DNA of 64,000 nt, from the NCBI RefSeq assembly GCF_018977255.1, contig NW_024704758.1, positions 5,580,001-5,644,000 of the forward strand, written 5' to 3'. Shown here in pieces: positions 60,486 to 64,000 of this stretch. Within the stretch, counting starts at the first letter, position 1; each line of letters starts with the position of its first letter. The stretch comes from Callorhinchus milii. Lineage: Eukaryota. The position numbers and the translations under genes were made by a program. The notes under the pieces are model-generated. The model saw only the letters and a list, made by a program, of their open reading frames with translations, was not told where the DNA came from and made no database searches.

Positions 60486-60497
60486 TTTCACTTTCAC
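60486..60497. promoter_or_regulatory. IRF-E/ISRE core upstream of gene B
   Basis: TTTCACTTTCAC; 96 bp upstream of the ATG. Confidence 0.6.
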
Positions 60498-62294
60498 TGC
60501 TCCACACCTTTTTTTTACATCACGAGGTGAATAACTTTGTGCAGAACAAGAGCTGGGATTTGAATGGAAAGTGAGTTTAACATCACAATAAAATCCTTAC
60601 TCGAGACAGAATTCAAACACTCGTACAGCTGATCCCATAAATGGGATAAATATACCAGGTTGATATTATCTCCCCAAGCAAAAAACTATTACTATATGGG
60701 TAACCAATCTCTAAAGTGAAGAGCCACATGAAGCAGAGTGGAAAATTGGCTTTAATCCGGTTCTTTATCACACTTCACTGGGTTGATTCTTCTTGTTTGA
60801 CCTCATAGTGCAGTCTTGTGGTGCATTGGTTTAGAGTATTCGCCTCGCAAGTTCAATTCCAGGCCAGGGTGAAAGTAAGGCAAGTTTCCTTACTCCACAC
60901 ACCTCTGTTTACCAAGTAGTAAATAGGAGCCCGGTTGTTCGTCTATTGGCGCATCACATCCACAGATAAGAATCCCAGGAAAAATAAATAAAATGTTTTC
61001 ACTCAATCCACAACTGTTTCTGGGACACTGCTGTGCACAATTGGCTACCACATGTTGCCCACAAAATATAATCAAATCATATTATAGTATATTCTGTGAA
61101 GCCCTCAACAACATGATAAGAAATACTTTCTAATTATTATTTTTATATTTGGGATCAACTGCCTCCTTAATTTGAAGTTTACAAAGTGCAACAACCTCCT
61201 TTAGAGAGAAATTGACTCAGATATCTTGTCATTGAAGCTTCTAACACTGCTCAAAATCCCGATCAGTGTGCTTGTGGGTGGGAGGGGTGTGCTGTGTGCG
61301 TGGGATGTACAAGCGAGGGGAAGGGGATTATAATTATTCACCACCCTTTTACACAGCTACACTTTAAAACTCCGAGTACAATATTACCAAATTCACGATT
61401 TTTAAAGATGCATCACATATAGATTTAATGCCGAGATGGTGGGTGAGTTTCTAAAGTAAATGTTATTCAGGTTTAGGCCAGACAAGGCTCATTCTGCTGC
61501 AGCAAAATTAAGAGCTGATATTAGCAGCCAGCACATGATCAGTAATGATAAGCAGAGATAACTGAGTTAAAGAGTTTCGTGGTGACTTTAATGTTTTTTT
61601 TACAGTGACAGCAACACAAAGACATCTGACAGAAATTATACAGTGAGCTTTGCTGGAAAACGAGGCTCTGCAAATATTGTTCCAAAAAAAAATTAGTTCA
61701 AATTAAGTTTCCAACCGTTGGTCAATGATTAAACAGCCCAATACAAAGATCATTACATTATCACATGATAACATTTGAAAAGTTATCTAACTTTTATTCC
61801 CTGCAATTCAAACTGTACATACATGATCACATTCTTCATACACAGCAGCATGATATGCAATTGATATATATAATAAAAACCCTTGTATTTGCTGTGCACT
61901 GTGACTGCGTATTTATGGACAAACATAGCAGCACAATTGGCACAGCAATGTCCCACAATGTCCTACAAATAGCCATGGAGTGAGTGACCAAATTTATTAG
62001 GGGGATTGTTGGCTAAAAAAATCAGGAGAGAGAAGCTCCCTTCTCTTTTTCAATAGTGCGATGGGATCTTTAACGTCCACCTAAACAGGCAAACGGGACC
62101 TCAACAACAACAACAGCTTGCATTTATATGGCATTTATATATATATAATACATCTAAATTTGTAGTATTCTTTTAGTATTCCTGATTAAAAGGGTTTTTT
62201 TTAATTGGAAAGGGTGAGAGCATTGATCGATTTCTGGTCTTATTTTGTGGAGAAAGAAGAAAGTTTTTCACAGAAATTTGTTCCCTTCTTCTGT

Positions 62295-63888
62295 CTAGTT
62301 GACTTGGTCAGTGCTGACATCAACTTGCACGTCAACTGCATCACTTCCTTCAGTGGAATTCCTCCTTGACTCTGAATTTGTGCAAAAGAAACTTTACTGA
62401 AATCAAACTATAACAAGGAAACAGAAACAGGAGCAATACCACCGCCCTGTACAATATCATTAAGTAATCGTGGTCTTTGACAAACAGCCTTTCAAGTCGG
62501 GATGATGTCTCAAAACAGGATTTACTGTAAAGTGTATTGATGGTTTATTTTGTGGACAATCATGACCGCCAATTAGTACACAGCTATGTCCCACAAACAG
62601 CATTGAAGAGAATGACTAATTTTATCTGGAGCAATGTTGGCCAGGAAATCAGGCAAAACTTCCTTCTCTTTTCAAATACTGTCATGGGATCTTTGTTATC
62701 TGCCTGAACAGACAAACAGGACCTCAATTGAATGTGTTATCTGACAATGCAATATGCTGCCAGCATTGTAATGGAATGTTAGCCTCGACTATGTGACACT
62801 ATACAGATATAGAATCAAAACAACAACTTTTTATAGTGTTTATAGTGTTAGGAGAATAAAAGTAACTTTGGGTTCAACACTTCAGACAATTTCCAAGGCC
62901 GATTGGATATACCAATCAGGAGATAATTTGACTCCCATTCAGACAGCCTCAGACAGAATCTTGTAATTTACCAAATGTAAATCTTAGAAATGTTGAATTT
63001 CTCCGTCGTCCAGATTGGCTCATAAATGCAGAACTTTGTTGCAGACTAATATTGATCATTGACGAAAATGTGGCATGTGTAAATTAGCATGTGGGTCAAG
63101 ATCCAAAAAGGGGAGCATGGGCTAAAAGCAACATGGACAAGAGAGGGTGTCAAGATGTCTGATAAGACTGTAGAATATCTCAGTAATCTATAACATGAAG
63201 AAAAAATTATACAAAAAAAGACAACTCTAATCCAGTCCTTGGTATTTTGGATTACATTGATCAGATTTTTCCCACCCAACTGACTATCATTATTCTTTTC
63301 AATATAATGTAGCACTTCAGCTTGCTCACTTTGTTCTGAACTTTAGTCTTCTTCAGCTTGAGCATTATATTTTACATCAATGAATTACCCTCAAATATGG
63401 GCAGTTTGGGGCTTAACAGAAATGACTCATTAAATCATGGTCATTTTAGACGATATTGGATCAGATATTTCCATCCAACTCAATCTTCATTATTCTTTCC
63501 AATTTCACCTTTAACTCCATGTTCATGATGGTCTTTCATTTCCCCTTGCTTACTTTCTTGTGAAGATTGGTTTCCATCAGTTTGAGTGTCAGGTTTTCCT
63601 CCTCCTTCATTGCCTCTTTTTGTTCCTGTTCCTTGACTGTCTGGTGTCGCTACTGCTGCAATGAAAGAAAATGCAAAACACAGGTCATTGTTTAAAATGA
63701 ATAATAATCCTTGCATTTAATATAGCATAATTTAATTATTATATTTAATTTAAATAATTTAATTTAATATAATTTATTTTTCTCTTCAGCTTGCTTACTT
63801 TCTTGTGAACGTTGCTGTTCATCAGTTTGAGCTCCTCCTGCATTGTCTCCTGTTGTATCTGTTCCTTCACTGTTTGCCGTCTCTCCTG
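62295..63888 (-). CDS. Gene A (partial): last cytoplasmic exons of an upstream paralog running off the window
   Basis: Exons 63799-63888 (90 nt) and 63554-63655 (102 nt), both cattgcag|CA...GAA A|gtaagc. Terminal exon 62295-62371 reads (K)SRRNSTEGSDAVDVQVDVSTDQVN-TAG. GAQTDEQ resembles GAQTEEQ of gene B. Confidence 0.65.
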
Positions 63889-64000
63889 CTGCAATGAAAG
63901 AAAATGGAAAACACAGGTCATTGTTTAAAATGAATAATAATCCTTGCATTTAATATAGCGCCTTATCAGATCTTAGAGGCACCTCAAAGCACTTCATAGA

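Noticed and set aside
63320-63360. Possible additional gene A micro-exon ending AGAACAAA|gtgagc
   Set aside because: Donor-like site, but no convincing acceptor or open phase-1 frame

Overview
Vertebrate genomic DNA, most likely a cartilaginous fish (inferred from the Deu-domain SINE, L2 and CR1 repeat content). The window holds a tandem cluster of spliced Ig-superfamily receptor genes, all on the minus strand, which I assembled exon by exon from GT-AG sites. There are four genes with complete 5' ends, labelled here B (51666-60390), C (32912-46556), D (16448-27009) and E (2830-11497). There is also the 3' end of a fifth gene, A (62295-63888), and a dead V pseudo-exon (48522-48872). B to E each start signal peptide - V-set - C1-set - TM, a B7-H6/NCR3LG1- or tapasin-like ectodomain. 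The main result lies after the TM. C, D and E continue through 7, 6 and 6 further C1-type Ig exons with no second signal peptide or TM, which predicts cytoplasmic Ig arrays. Ten of these 19 domains have lost a canonical cysteine, against 0 of 8 extracellular domains. B instead carries a roughly 504-aa Pro/Thr/Tyr repeat tail with nine PPxY motifs, which the ORF track misses. All four genes have an ISRE/IRF-E motif 90-120 bp upstream of the ATG. Introns are filled with young tRNA-Ala-headed SINEs, older SacSINE1-like SINEs, L2 and CR1 fragments, and two GC-rich VNTRs. All gene models are predictions from sequence alone, with no RNA evidence.
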